64,000 nt of DNA from IMG/VR virus record IMGVR_UViG_2615840601_000001; one strand, written 5' to 3'. The notes below the pieces were generated by a model. The model searched no databases. It was not told the origin of the DNA and saw only the letters and a program-made list of their open reading frames with translations. A program made the translations under genes and the position numbers. This DNA comes from a virus (Duplodnaviria > Caudoviricetes). Positions 9,052-18,320 of this stretch are shown here, one piece after another (the first letter of the stretch is position 1; every line of letters starts with the position of its first letter).

Positions 9052-10275
9052 ATGACGACGAATTATGGTCATGGCGTCTATTCCTATGACAAGACGTCAG
9101 CCCCGCCTCAAATCACAGTCGGTGAAAGCGGCGAAATCGCTATCACCGGCACGGCCCCCGATGCCGTTGCCGAAGACTGGCCTCTCGATATTCCTGTCGA
9201 TATCAATGGCGATATCACCAAAGCTGCAAGCTTGGGTGCAACCGGCACTCTGCCTATCGCTCTGCAACAGATTTGGCGGCAGTATGGCAAGCAATCGGGC
9301 CGTATTGCGGTTATCCGCGTTGAGAAAATCGAAGACACAGCACAACAGACAAGCGCGGTTCTGGGCAGTGAGATCGACAAGACTGGCGTCTATGCCATCC
9401 TCAAATGTCAGTCGTTGCTTGGCTTCGAGCCTGACCTCCTGATCGCTCCCGGTTTCGCCACGGTGCCAACCGAAGGGGACGTGACGCCAGTTGCTGGTGC
9501 ATTGTCTGCGATCGCAGAAAAGATCCGGAGCTTTGTCTATCTGGATACGACCAACGGAATGCTCGCCGAAGCCCATCAAAGCCGCGCTTTGGTCGGCTAT
9601 GACAACGCGATGCTGGTGCACAATTTCACGAAAGAGTGGGATAGCGCAGTTGATGCTCATGTCGCCGTTCCCGGATCTATCTTTGCGGCTGCGATGCAGT
9701 CCAAATATGATCTTGAAAAAGGGTTCTGGTGGTCTGCGTCGAACAAGCCGGGCAACCTTGATGGGCTGTCCCAGCAGATCCAATATCGCCGGGGTGACAA
9801 AGGATCAGAGGCCAACCTGCTGAACGCCGATCAGATCTCCACGATCATTCGCGATAAGGGCGAATACAAGCTCTGGGGTTCTCATACGCTTGATGACGCC
9901 CAGCTTCTTGGCGGCACCATTGTCGGTCGCCGTGTGTCCTACAAGGTGTATGACGCCCTTGACGATGGCCTGCACCCTTACATTGATCAGCCAACGAGCC
10001 TGCAAGCGATTGAGGATATCTCCGCTTCGGCCCGCGAGTTCTTGCGCACGCTGGCCTCAAAGGGCGCTCTGATCGGATACGAATTTGAGCTGCCGATCGG
10101 CCTCAACACGATCTCCCAAATTCAGGCAGGTCTGTTCATCTATCGCTTGAAATGGGTGGAAGCTGGCCCGATGCGCGAAATTCAGATCTGGGGTGTTCGC
10201 ACGCCCGATCTCTATGCGGAGTTCCTTGATCAGGCGTCCGCCCTTTCATACTTCCGCGAAACGGTCGCGGGCTAA
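9052..10275 (+). CDS. Tail sheath protein (P2 FI-like)
   Basis: YGHGV, PDLLIAPGF, GFWWSASNK, KLWG motifs. Confidence 0.92.
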   Translation: MTTNYGHGVYSYDKTSAPPQITVGESGEIAITGTAPDAVAEDWPLDIPVDINGDITKAASLGATGTLPIALQQIWRQYGKQSGRIAVIRVEKIEDTAQQTSAVLGSEIDKTGVYAILKCQSLLGFEPDLLIAPGFATVPTEGDVTPVAGALSAIAEKIRSFVYLDTTNGMLAEAHQSRALVGYDNAMLVHNFTKEWDSAVDAHVAVPGSIFAAAMQSKYDLEKGFWWSASNKPGNLDGLSQQIQYRRGDKGSEANLLNADQISTIIRDKGEYKLWGSHTLDDAQLLGGTIVGRRVSYKVYDALDDGLHPYIDQPTSLQAIEDISASAREFLRTLASKGALIGYEFELPIGLNTISQIQAGLFIYRLKWVEAGPMREIQIWGVRTPDLYAEFLDQASALSYFRETVAG

Positions 10276-10287
10276 GGAGCTTCAATC

Positions 10288-10797
10288 ATGGCAATGGAAA
10301 AGATTAGCGCGCTCGATGGCTTCACCCTTTGGATTGGTGACGCGGACTATGGTGGGACGGTGACCGGGATCACGTTGCCCGGTCTACCGCGCCGCATTGA
10401 GGGACGGCGCACTGGCGGCCGCCGTGGTGTCTTGGGCGTCAAGCTTGGCCTTGAAGAAGCCAAGGCAACAATCAAGACAAAGGGGGTCTCGCAAAGTCTG
10501 ATTGATGCGGTCAGCTCTGGTAAAATTGACGGCACCCGCCTGTTTGCCCGAGGCAATCTTGACGATCAGCAAGGCGGCTACACATCGGTTGTCTACGAGC
10601 TACAGGGCCGATGCACCAACCCGGACAAAATCTCGGAAGAATGGACCGATGACGATGTCGAGGGTGAACTTGAATTCTGGCTTGTCTATTGGCGCAAAGA
10701 CGTTGCGGGGGAGCGCAAGCTCGAGGTCGATCTACTCAATGACACCATCTATCCGGACGAGGCAAACGACGCCCGTCGCGCCAACCTTGGCCGCTAA
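10288..10797 (+). CDS. Tail tube protein (P2 FII-like)
   Basis: Follows sheath; ITLP, EVDLLN motifs; 169 aa. Confidence 0.85.
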   Translation: MAMEKISALDGFTLWIGDADYGGTVTGITLPGLPRRIEGRRTGGRRGVLGVKLGLEEAKATIKTKGVSQSLIDAVSSGKIDGTRLFARGNLDDQQGGYTSVVYELQGRCTNPDKISEEWTDDDVEGELEFWLVYWRKDVAGERKLEVDLLNDTIYPDEANDARRANLGR

Positions 10798-10873
10798 TGA
10801 TGCCTCCTGAGCGGGCGTCTTTGAGTTGCCCGCTCTCGCCTTTCTCTTAATCAGCAACGAAAGACACCCTGTC

Positions 10874-11224
10874 ATGAAACAGCAAATTGTCACCCTGCCT
10901 CAGCCGATCAAACTCAATGGTCAGGATCAGGACAAAGTCACCATTGTGCGCGAGCCTATTGGGCGCGAAATGGGCCAATACACGGCTTTTGATCTGATGG
11001 AAGGCAATATCAAGGCGCTTGCCTATGTGCTGCCCAAAGTCACCAATCCTCCCTTGGCTCGCAATATGGTCCTCGACATGAGCGCCTCCAACCAGATGGC
11101 CTTGATTGCGGGGTTCAACCGTTTTTTCGATGGGATGGACGTGGATGGCTGTGTCGAGACGGTGGATACGGCTCAGACCGAGACGACGATCCCGGCGACG
11201 AAGACTTCGACCAAGCCTTCATAG
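10874..11224 (+). CDS. Tail assembly chaperone gpE-like; -1 frameshift at T TTT TTC (11122-11128) gives E' ending 11403
   Basis: Position between tube and tape measure; -1 frame encodes FQWSPDYIDGL, typical of gpE'. Confidence 0.8.
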   Translation: MKQQIVTLPQPIKLNGQDQDKVTIVREPIGREMGQYTAFDLMEGNIKALAYVLPKVTNPPLARNMVLDMSASNQMALIAGFNRFFDGMDVDGCVETVDTAQTETTIPATKTSTKPS

Positions 11225-11389
11225 ATCCTCCCAAAAAACCGGAGGACATGAACCAGATCCGGTATGAAGTCTCGGCCGCCTTTCAATGGTCCCCCGACTA
11301 TATCGACGGTTTGGACTGGAGCCGCATATATGGCCACTGGATCGACGCACGGGAGATCCTGCTAGAGCGAGAAAAGGCATTGAGGAAAA

Positions 11390-13795
11390 GTGAGCAATCT
11401 TAATGCATCAATGACGCTCTCCATTCGGGATAAATGGTCCCGTGGGGCAAAGCGGTTCCAGAAAGACATGAAGGGTCTGGAAAGCTCGTCGCGCCGGTTG
11501 CGCGGCGAGTTCAAAGGCGTTTCGAACGACACTCGAAAGATGGCTCAAGCCAGTTCGGACGCCGCCCGTAAGCAGCTCAAGCTCATTTCGAATTTCAAGC
11601 AGACGCAAAAGACGCTGGCTTCGACCAGGAGCGAGTTCGATCGCGCCAAATCAGAAGTGGCCCGGCTCAAAGAGCAAATGCAGGCGATTGGTCCTCCGGT
11701 CAAAGGCTTGGAGCAAAGGCTGAACAAAGCCAACGCCACGCTAAGCCGAACCAAGGACAAATTCAGGTCGGCCGCCCAAGCCTCTCATGCCGCAAAGAAC
11801 GGTTTGCGAGAAGCGGGGATTGAGGCGAAACAACTTGCCGCCACTGAAAAGCGGCTGTCTTCCAGCCTTGATAAAGCAACGCAGGATTTGCGCGAACAGG
11901 CGGCCGCCACGCGCAAGCTCGAGGGCGAGTACCAAAGGCTTGAGCACCGCAAACGTGCCATTGCAAAGCTGACCGATCGGGAGCGAAACCGACGAAACGA
12001 TCGTGCCATGCTGGGCGGAAAGATTGCCATAGCGGGGGTTAGTTCCATGATTGCCGGGCGGCAAGTGGCGCGACCTGTGGTGTCGTCAGCCAACCAGTTT
12101 GGCAACTTCGAAGAAGCCATGGACAGCGTGGCGGCCGTTGCGCGGATCAAACAGAATAGTGGCGATTACAAAGAGCTGTTTAATCTGGCTCGCGAGCTTG
12201 GCGCGACCACCAGCTATAGCGCCATTGAAGCCGCTCAAGGCATGAACTTTCTTGCCATGGCGGGTATGGACAAAGCATCTATCAAAGCCGCTATGGCTGA
12301 TGTGCTCAATCTGGCCAAAGCCACCAAGACGGATCTTGCCGCCACGGCTGATATCTCATCCAATATTCTATCAGGCTTCGGGCTGGCCCCTGAAGAAATG
12401 AACCGGGTTGCCAACGTCCTGACCGCGACCACAACGCGGGCCAATGTTGATTTGACCATGCTGGGCGAGAGCATGAAATATGCCGCCCCTATCGCCAAGC
12501 AATTGGGCGTGAGCCTTGAAGAGACCGCCGCCATGGCCGGTCTTTTGGGGAACGTGGGTATTCAAGGCTCAATGGCCGGTACCAGCTTGCGCACGATCTA
12601 CACCCGTCTTGCTGCCCCGAACAAGCGGGCGCGGTCTGCGCTCAAAGCCTTGAAGGTTGAAACGAAGGATCTGAAAGGCAACCTTCTGCCTGTGCCTGAT
12701 TTGCTTTTGAAGATCGCCAAAGCCAGCGAGGGTATGGGATCGGGCAAGCGTGCCGAAATGTTTAAAGACATTGTCGGGGCGGAAGCCGGATCTGCCTTTG
12801 CCTCGCTCCTTGATGAGCAGGGATTTGAGGTCTTTGAAAAACTCTTGAAGGATCTGAAGAACGTCAAAGGGGAAGCCGCCCGCGTCGCCACTGAAATGGG
12901 CGACAACTGGATGGGTGATAAAAAGGCGCTCGGTTCGGCTATGGCTGAGATTGCCTTGATCTTTGGCGAGTCCCTCAACCCGGCTTTGCGCGAGGCAACC
13001 CAATGGATCACAAAGCAAACACGCGCCTTCGGTGAATGGCTCAAAGCCCACCCAAAACTGACCAGAGCAATCGCTTTCACTGTGGCCGCCCTTGCTGGCT
13101 TGCTGGTCGTGGGTGGAGGGTTCTTGACCTTCATGGGCACTTCCATCGCCCTGTTGGCTGGGTTGCGGTTTGGCCTCTTTATGCTTGGCTTGAAGGCCAA
13201 AACCGGTGCCGGAGCAATCGGTTTGGTTGGCACCGCATTGAAAGCATTGGCCCCGATCAGGTGGGCGGCCTTGTTGCCTGTTGCTGGTCTTGCCAGCGTG
13301 GTTAGCAGCATAGTCTCGATCATAGGCGGGATCGGTGCTGGTTTGGTTACGGCGACGGCTCCGGTTTGGGGTATCATCGCGGCATTGGTCGCAGCCGTCG
13401 CTGGTTTTGCCTTGGCGATCTATAATTATTGGGTGCCGATTTCGGAATTTGTCGGTGGGTTTGCTGACGTCATTGGCGATGCTTTGTCGTCAATGGTTGC
13501 CATGTCGCGCACCGTCAAGCGCCACGCAGCAAGCGCCGCCCTTGCGACCAGTATCGCGGCCGCTCCAATGGCGGCGACGGCCGCGCCATCGATATTGCCT
13601 TCTCTGGCGGCCGCAGAAGCCACCGCCGCAGGCAAGACCGATAGAAAGATAGAGCTCAATGTATCGGTTCCGATCGGCTCTATCACGGCAAGCGACCCCA
13701 ACATCGAGGCCCGTGTTCAGCAAGCCATTCACGCCGGTGTTGAAGAGGCCGTTGAACGGGCTTTGGCCCGCCTCTCTGACCGGCTCGGAGACTGA
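11390..13795 (+). CDS. Tail tape measure protein (TP901-type core)
   Basis: ARELGATT.YSA.EAAQG..FLAMAG, GIQGSMAGTSLR. Confidence 0.92.
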   Translation: MSNLNASMTLSIRDKWSRGAKRFQKDMKGLESSSRRLRGEFKGVSNDTRKMAQASSDAARKQLKLISNFKQTQKTLASTRSEFDRAKSEVARLKEQMQAIGPPVKGLEQRLNKANATLSRTKDKFRSAAQASHAAKNGLREAGIEAKQLAATEKRLSSSLDKATQDLREQAAATRKLEGEYQRLEHRKRAIAKLTDRERNRRNDRAMLGGKIAIAGVSSMIAGRQVARPVVSSANQFGNFEEAMDSVAAVARIKQNSGDYKELFNLARELGATTSYSAIEAAQGMNFLAMAGMDKASIKAAMADVLNLAKATKTDLAATADISSNILSGFGLAPEEMNRVANVLTATTTRANVDLTMLGESMKYAAPIAKQLGVSLEETAAMAGLLGNVGIQGSMAGTSLRTIYTRLAAPNKRARSALKALKVETKDLKGNLLPVPDLLLKIAKASEGMGSGKRAEMFKDIVGAEAGSAFASLLDEQGFEVFEKLLKDLKNVKGEAARVATEMGDNWMGDKKALGSAMAEIALIFGESLNPALREATQWITKQTRAFGEWLKAHPKLTRAIAFTVAALAGLLVVGGGFLTFMGTSIALLAGLRFGLFMLGLKAKTGAGAIGLVGTALKALAPIRWAALLPVAGLASVVSSIVSIIGGIGAGLVTATAPVWGIIAALVAAVAGFALAIYNYWVPISEFVGGFADVIGDALSSMVAMSRTVKRHAASAALATSIAAAPMAATAAPSILPSLAAAEATAAGKTDRKIELNVSVPIGSITASDPNIEARVQQAIHAGVEEAVERALARLSDRLGD

Positions 13796-13797
13796 TT

Positions 13798-14199
13798 ATG
13801 AGACCACTTGCAGCCCTTGGTATGTTTGTTTTTGCCCCTGACATTGGATCATTCGAGCAGCTTGAACGGCAATGGCAGTTCACTTGGGCAAAGCCTGATC
13901 CGATCGGCTCAGCCCCGCTTAAACAATGGACTGGCCCCGGTGACCAGACCATTCACATTCGCGGTGGGATCTGGCCAGAAATTCAGCCCGCAGGCACATG
14001 GAAGATTGAAGCCCTTGCTGAACAGGCAGGCCGGGGAAAGCCGCTTAGCTTCGTGCTTGGCAATGGCATGGTTCTTGGCCGTTGGTGCGTTGAAAGCATC
14101 TCGAAGAAGGAAAGCGAGTTCCTTTCTCATCTGCCTGCGGCCATCGAGTTCGAAATCCAGATGAGCAAAAGCACGGGAGGTGGGCAATGGCCATTCTAG
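13798..14199 (+). CDS. P2 gpU-like tail protein
   Basis: ALGMFVF...QWTGPG; synteny. Confidence 0.85.
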   Translation: MRPLAALGMFVFAPDIGSFEQLERQWQFTWAKPDPIGSAPLKQWTGPGDQTIHIRGGIWPEIQPAGTWKIEALAEQAGRGKPLSFVLGNGMVLGRWCVESISKKESEFLSHLPAAIEFEIQMSKSTGGGQWPF

Positions 14200-14423
14200 T
14201 TCGCGCTCATGACGGCGAGCTGCTCGAGGAGCTGATCATGCGCCACTATGGCCGCCAGTCGGTGACGCTTGTTGAGCTGGTTCGGTCGCACGTCAAGAAC
14301 CGCCCTTTGAACCGGCCTAACAGCCCGATCGCGCTTGATATGACTATCGAGGTTTGGTGCCCCGATGCGCCGTTGAGTGAGACGCCGAACATCACGCCAT
14401 TCAGTCAAAGTCTGGATGATTGA
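14187..14423 (+). CDS. P2 gpX-like tail protein
   Basis: DGELLE..IMRHYG; between U and D. Confidence 0.75.
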   Translation: MAILVRAHDGELLEELIMRHYGRQSVTLVELVRSHVKNRPLNRPNSPIALDMTIEVWCPDAPLSETPNITPFSQSLDD

Positions 14424-15415
14424 GCATGAACCTTTATGCCTCCATCGCCGGGAGAAATATCAGCTCCTATTTGACCAACCTTCTGGGGCAAGGCCGCTTG
14501 ATGGATCTGACCATCACGGATGAAGTGAGCGGCAAGGCTGATAAAGCTTCTTTGACTGTGGTGCGTGACGGCACGATGCAGCCGCCGCCTGAGCAGTCAG
14601 AATTGGTTTTTGCGTTGCCCGATCGGGCGGGCATGTTGCGGCCAATGGGCACCTACTATTCCGACGCGCCAAAGACTTCGGGTGCCAAGTCATCAGGCCA
14701 CAAAATGAGCCTGTCCGGTACCACAGCGAACATGGCGAACAAGCTCAAGGAAAAGCGCACGGACAGCTACGACCAGAAGACTGTGAAAGACGTTGTTGGC
14801 AAGGTCGCTGGGCGGCAAGGCCTCGCCCCTGTTGTCAGCAAGGCCCTTGGCTCGATGAAGATCCCCCACAAGGATCAGGTCAATGTCAGTGACATGCACT
14901 TCCTCAAGACATGGGCGGCCGATCTGGGGGCATTCTTCAAGATCAAAGATGGCAAGATCTTCTTTCTGGAGAACGGCAGCGCCAAGACCGCAAGCGGCGC
15001 TCCAATGTTACCGGTGAGCTGCATCGGGACCGAGATAATCTCCTATTCATGGTCTGGCGGCAAACGCGAAAAGTACAAATCCGCCAAGGCGGCTTGGCAC
15101 GATCAAGCCAAATCAGAACGCATGTTTGAGACGGCTGGATCAGGCACGCCAGAGCTTTCTTTGACCAAGACTTATGCGAGCAAGGAGGAAGCCAAAAAGG
15201 CGGCGGCCTCAGCGTTGAAAGAGGCAAGCGTCAAGGATGACAAATGCACGATAACGGTGCCCGGTGACGCAAGCCTGAGAGCAGGCGGCGAGTATATTAT
15301 CCCGCCGTTCATTCAGCCCGAATTGTCCGGCTCTTGGTTCATCGCCAAGGCCATTCACAAAGTGAGTAAATCAAGCGGGTATCTGACCACGCTTTCATTG
15401 GAGAGAAAGAGATGA
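14420..15415 (+). CDS. Baseplate hub (P2 gpD / Mu gpP-like)
   Basis: LTITDE..GKAD, DQ...SDMHFL, GY.TTL.LE. Confidence 0.88.
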   Translation: MSMNLYASIAGRNISSYLTNLLGQGRLMDLTITDEVSGKADKASLTVVRDGTMQPPPEQSELVFALPDRAGMLRPMGTYYSDAPKTSGAKSSGHKMSLSGTTANMANKLKEKRTDSYDQKTVKDVVGKVAGRQGLAPVVSKALGSMKIPHKDQVNVSDMHFLKTWAADLGAFFKIKDGKIFFLENGSAKTASGAPMLPVSCIGTEIISYSWSGGKREKYKSAKAAWHDQAKSERMFETAGSGTPELSLTKTYASKEEAKKAAASALKEASVKDDKCTITVPGDASLRAGGEYIIPPFIQPELSGSWFIAKAIHKVSKSSGYLTTLSLERKR

Positions 15416-15558
15416 TGAAGCGCAGCAAAACTGCCGAAGCAAGGATGAGCGAAGCGGCTTTGACCATAATGATTGTCGCGCTGCTTCTTGTCTGCTCGAT
15501 CCTGATCGGCGTGGGCTGGTCGGCCCTCCAGTTCATTCAATGGGTGGGCTGGGTTTGA
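15412..15558 (+). CDS. Small membrane protein (48 aa, below ORF-track cutoff)
   Basis: ATG overlaps gpD stop; hydrophobic LTIMIVALLLVCSILIGVGW. Confidence 0.45.
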   Translation: MMKRSKTAEARMSEAALTIMIVALLLVCSILIGVGWSALQFIQWVGWV

Positions 15559-15577
15559 TGGGCCAAAGGATCAAATA

Positions 15578-15680
15578 GCAGGCGAGAGATTAAGAGCGTT
15601 GACGCGCTCGAAAACACGGGGCCTAGATTGGCGTCAAAACCCCGCCGATGAAACAAAAGCATAACACCGCTCTCGCCAGC
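15578..15680 (+). ncRNA. Putative cloverleaf-like structured RNA upstream of com/methylase
   Basis: Closing stem GGCGAGAG/CTCTCGCC, internal hairpins, GATTGGCGTC loop; counterpart at 61481-61575. Confidence 0.5.
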
Positions 15681-15729
15681 TCTGCCCACGCGGAATGAGC
15701 AGCGAGATCAAGTTATGTGAGTCTTCTTA

Positions 15730-15930
15730 ATGGAGTCTATCCGTTGTAGTGCCTGTCAGGCATTGCTGTTTAAAACCGAAGAAAAGGCCATCTCCGGCCG
15801 GATTGAAATCAAGTGTCGGAGATGCCGAACAATCAATCATTTGAGGCCAGCAGAGCCCGAAACTGATTGCCTAGAGCAACCAGCTATCGGAGAAAAATCT
15901 TGTGGCTCTATGTCCCACTCGAAACCCTGA
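15730..15930 (+). CDS. com: Mu Com-like zinc-finger translational regulator
   Basis: IRCSAC.ALLFK...IEIKCRRCRTIN; overlaps the following methylase start. Confidence 0.88.
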   Translation: MESIRCSACQALLFKTEEKAISGRIEIKCRRCRTINHLRPAEPETDCLEQPAIGEKSCGSMSHSKP

Positions 15931-16819
15931 AATCAATCCCTTCAACGGTCTTTCCCTCTGCTCCGGATTTGGAGGTTTGGAACTCGGCCTGCATGTCGCA
16001 CAACCCGAATATCGAACTGTGTGTTATGTCGAGCAAGAAGCTTTTGCAGCGGCCACCCTCGTGGCACGGATGGAAGATCAGGCCTTGGATCACGCGCCTG
16101 TCTGGTCCAATGTTAAGTCCTTCGACGGCCGCCCGTGGCGTGGCAAAGTTCATATCCTCACTGCAGGATATCCATGTCAGCCTTTCTCAGCCTCCGGCCT
16201 TCAAAAAGGAAAGAAAGACCCCCGCCACCTTTGGCCAGAAGTGGCCCGCATTATCAGAGAATGTAGCCCCGAATGGGTCTTCTGCGAAAATGTCGAAGGA
16301 CATTTGGACCGTGGATTTGACGAAGTTGCCCTCGAGCTACAAAGCATGGGCTTTACAGTCAAAGCAGGCTTGTTCTCGGCGGCTGAAGTTGGTGCGTCCC
16401 ACCTCCGGCGCCGGCTCTTCATTCTGGCCCACGCCAACAACTGCGCCGAACGGCAACCGGGCCGAGTTTCGGATGTGCAGGGAGAAGGGGTTGCGGATTG
16501 TTCCGGCAATCGATCAAGCTGGCTCTCAGATTGGGATAGTCAACTCTGCTCGCATCTGGACAACTCTTTGGATCCTGACACAAGCTCTGGGCATGGTCCC
16601 GAACGGATCGAGCCACTTCCCATATTCGCGCCAGCTCCATGTGACTTTGAGACCTGGAAGCGGATCCTCACCCGGCGAGAGGACCTACAACCTGAATTTT
16701 TCGGACTGGATGATGGGTTGGCCAATCGGATGGAGCGAACCAGGGCAGCCGGTAACGGAGTGGTCAGCTTGGCTGCTGCATATGCGTATGTCTCTCTCCG
16801 AGCTGCTTTCGAGGGTTGA
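15902..16819 (+). CDS. C5-cytosine DNA methyltransferase, alpha-like chain (mom position)
   Basis: LSLCSGFGG (I), GYPCQPFS (IV), ENV (VI), HLRRRLF (VIII), AAGNGVV (X). Confidence 0.88.
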   Translation: MALCPTRNPEINPFNGLSLCSGFGGLELGLHVAQPEYRTVCYVEQEAFAAATLVARMEDQALDHAPVWSNVKSFDGRPWRGKVHILTAGYPCQPFSASGLQKGKKDPRHLWPEVARIIRECSPEWVFCENVEGHLDRGFDEVALELQSMGFTVKAGLFSAAEVGASHLRRRLFILAHANNCAERQPGRVSDVQGEGVADCSGNRSSWLSDWDSQLCSHLDNSLDPDTSSGHGPERIEPLPIFAPAPCDFETWKRILTRREDLQPEFFGLDDGLANRMERTRAAGNGVVSLAAAYAYVSLRAAFEG

Positions 16820-16823
16820 TTGA
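16290..16823 (+). CDS. Putative overlapping beta subunit of the C5 methyltransferase (alternative frame)
   Basis: FWPTP and NLNFSDWMMGWPIGW motifs in the alternative frame; start codon uncertain. Confidence 0.6.
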   Translation: MSKDIWTVDLTKLPSSYKAWALQSKQACSRRLKLVRPTSGAGSSFWPTPTTAPNGNRAEFRMCREKGLRIVPAIDQAGSQIGIVNSARIWTTLWILTQALGMVPNGSSHFPYSRQLHVTLRPGSGSSPGERTYNLNFSDWMMGWPIGWSEPGQPVTEWSAWLLHMRMSLSELLSRVD

Positions 16824-17044
16824 TAGGCGCTTCAAGATCGGTTCGGAGGGGCTTCGAGCCGGTCGCTCTGCTTTAGCGAAAGGGTGGTTAACCTCGCTGA
16901 GGAGCTTCAATTGGCCTTCAAAAGTAGTTTAGTGCTCAGTGAAAGGCATTTTACCGCGAGCTTTAATAAGCGGCCCTCGCCGATTTTCAATTATGATTTT
17001 AGCCTTTGCTCGCCAAATTGATAGTAATGCGCATTCTAAGAAAA

Positions 17045-17818
17045 TCAGTAGTCATACCAAACTTCATATTCTCGAGAGGTAGCCGCCGAACGTGCGCCCT
17101 TGCTTAAGTTGCAACTTGAGCAAGTCAATTGTAGGTTGGTTATGCAGTTCATCCCTCCATGTGCCAATGGAATAATATGGTCATAGTGGATCTGCGACTG
17201 TTGGCTGAACAGCTTAGTGAGGTCCGTCTGACAGAGTACGCATCGCCCCTTGTCTCTATGAAACACGGCATTCTCTGCCCATTTTGGGATTGAAGCTCGA
17301 ATTAGGTGACCTGCGTCGTTGAATGCTTCTGGCACGAACGATGGAGCTGTTTCCAAGACGTAGCTTCTTACCATATGTCCAAATGCAGACATCGTTCCGC
17401 GATTTGAGAACAACACGTAAAAAACCTGCTTCGATATTGTCTCACACAGCTCGGTAATTAGGTCTTCTTGCTGTAGAGCGTCCAGATACTCGTAACCGTC
17501 GAATCGGCCAAACTTCGAAGGGGTAATTGATGAGTAGTCAAAGCTATTTGACTGGAGTAGATAATCGACCCAGTATTCACCTGGACTGCGCTCGGCAATT
17601 TCGGCGTCCTCAAAGATCACGCTTGAAATGAGCTCTTCCACGAAGGCATGAAAACAGGTCCACTTGGAATACCTTTGCGCTAGAGCGGCTGACGACATAT
17701 CACCGAATATGTCCTCGATATTCCGAAGGTATCTGTCAGGGTGCCGTGTCACGCCGTCAACCATCTGGCAAATGAAGTAGAGATCGGTAGTCGATACCAA
17801 CTGGAGCTGTGAAACCAA
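17045..17818 (-). CDS. HNH endonuclease (putative defence)
   Basis: RDKGRCVLC...HYDHIIPLAHGG.N...NLQLTCSSCN. Confidence 0.85.
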   Translation of the reverse strand: MVSQLQLVSTTDLYFICQMVDGVTRHPDRYLRNIEDIFGDMSSAALAQRYSKWTCFHAFVEELISSVIFEDAEIAERSPGEYWVDYLLQSNSFDYSSITPSKFGRFDGYEYLDALQQEDLITELCETISKQVFYVLFSNRGTMSAFGHMVRSYVLETAPSFVPEAFNDAGHLIRASIPKWAENAVFHRDKGRCVLCQTDLTKLFSQQSQIHYDHIIPLAHGGMNCITNLQLTCSSCNLSKGARSAATSREYEVWYDY

Positions 17819-18320
17819 GTGCTTAAGCCTCCGCTGCGGCCTGAGTTAGCAAAAAAAATCGCCAATACAGTTGTGCAAATCAAATGTTACATATTCAATC
17901 GTGGAAGAAAACTACGGTTGGGCTGTGCTTAAGCCGCTGCCTGTTTGAATCGCCGTTTAGGGAATGCAGTACGGCTGTCGGGCCGAACGCTCAAGGCAAG
18001 GAGAGGTGCTGCAGCTGCACACTGCTGATCCATCCGGTGACCCAGTCTAGTTGCAGCAATGGGCTCAACTCTACTCATGTATCGCAAAATTATTGGGCCT
18101 AGAGGGCCAAACCTAATTTCAAGAGACGACACATTGCGGCCGCTCTATCCACCCACGGTAAACGTCCGGTCGCAGCCCTAGGCGGACATGCCTCAAATTC
18201 GACTTATGCACTGCGCTAACCCGAAATGGATCGCCAAGGCTTCCACTTACCGGTCGTTTTATCATATGAATGTTGTATGCGTGGCGCTAGACAGTTTTAC
18301 GCACTCAAGGAGAAGACTAT

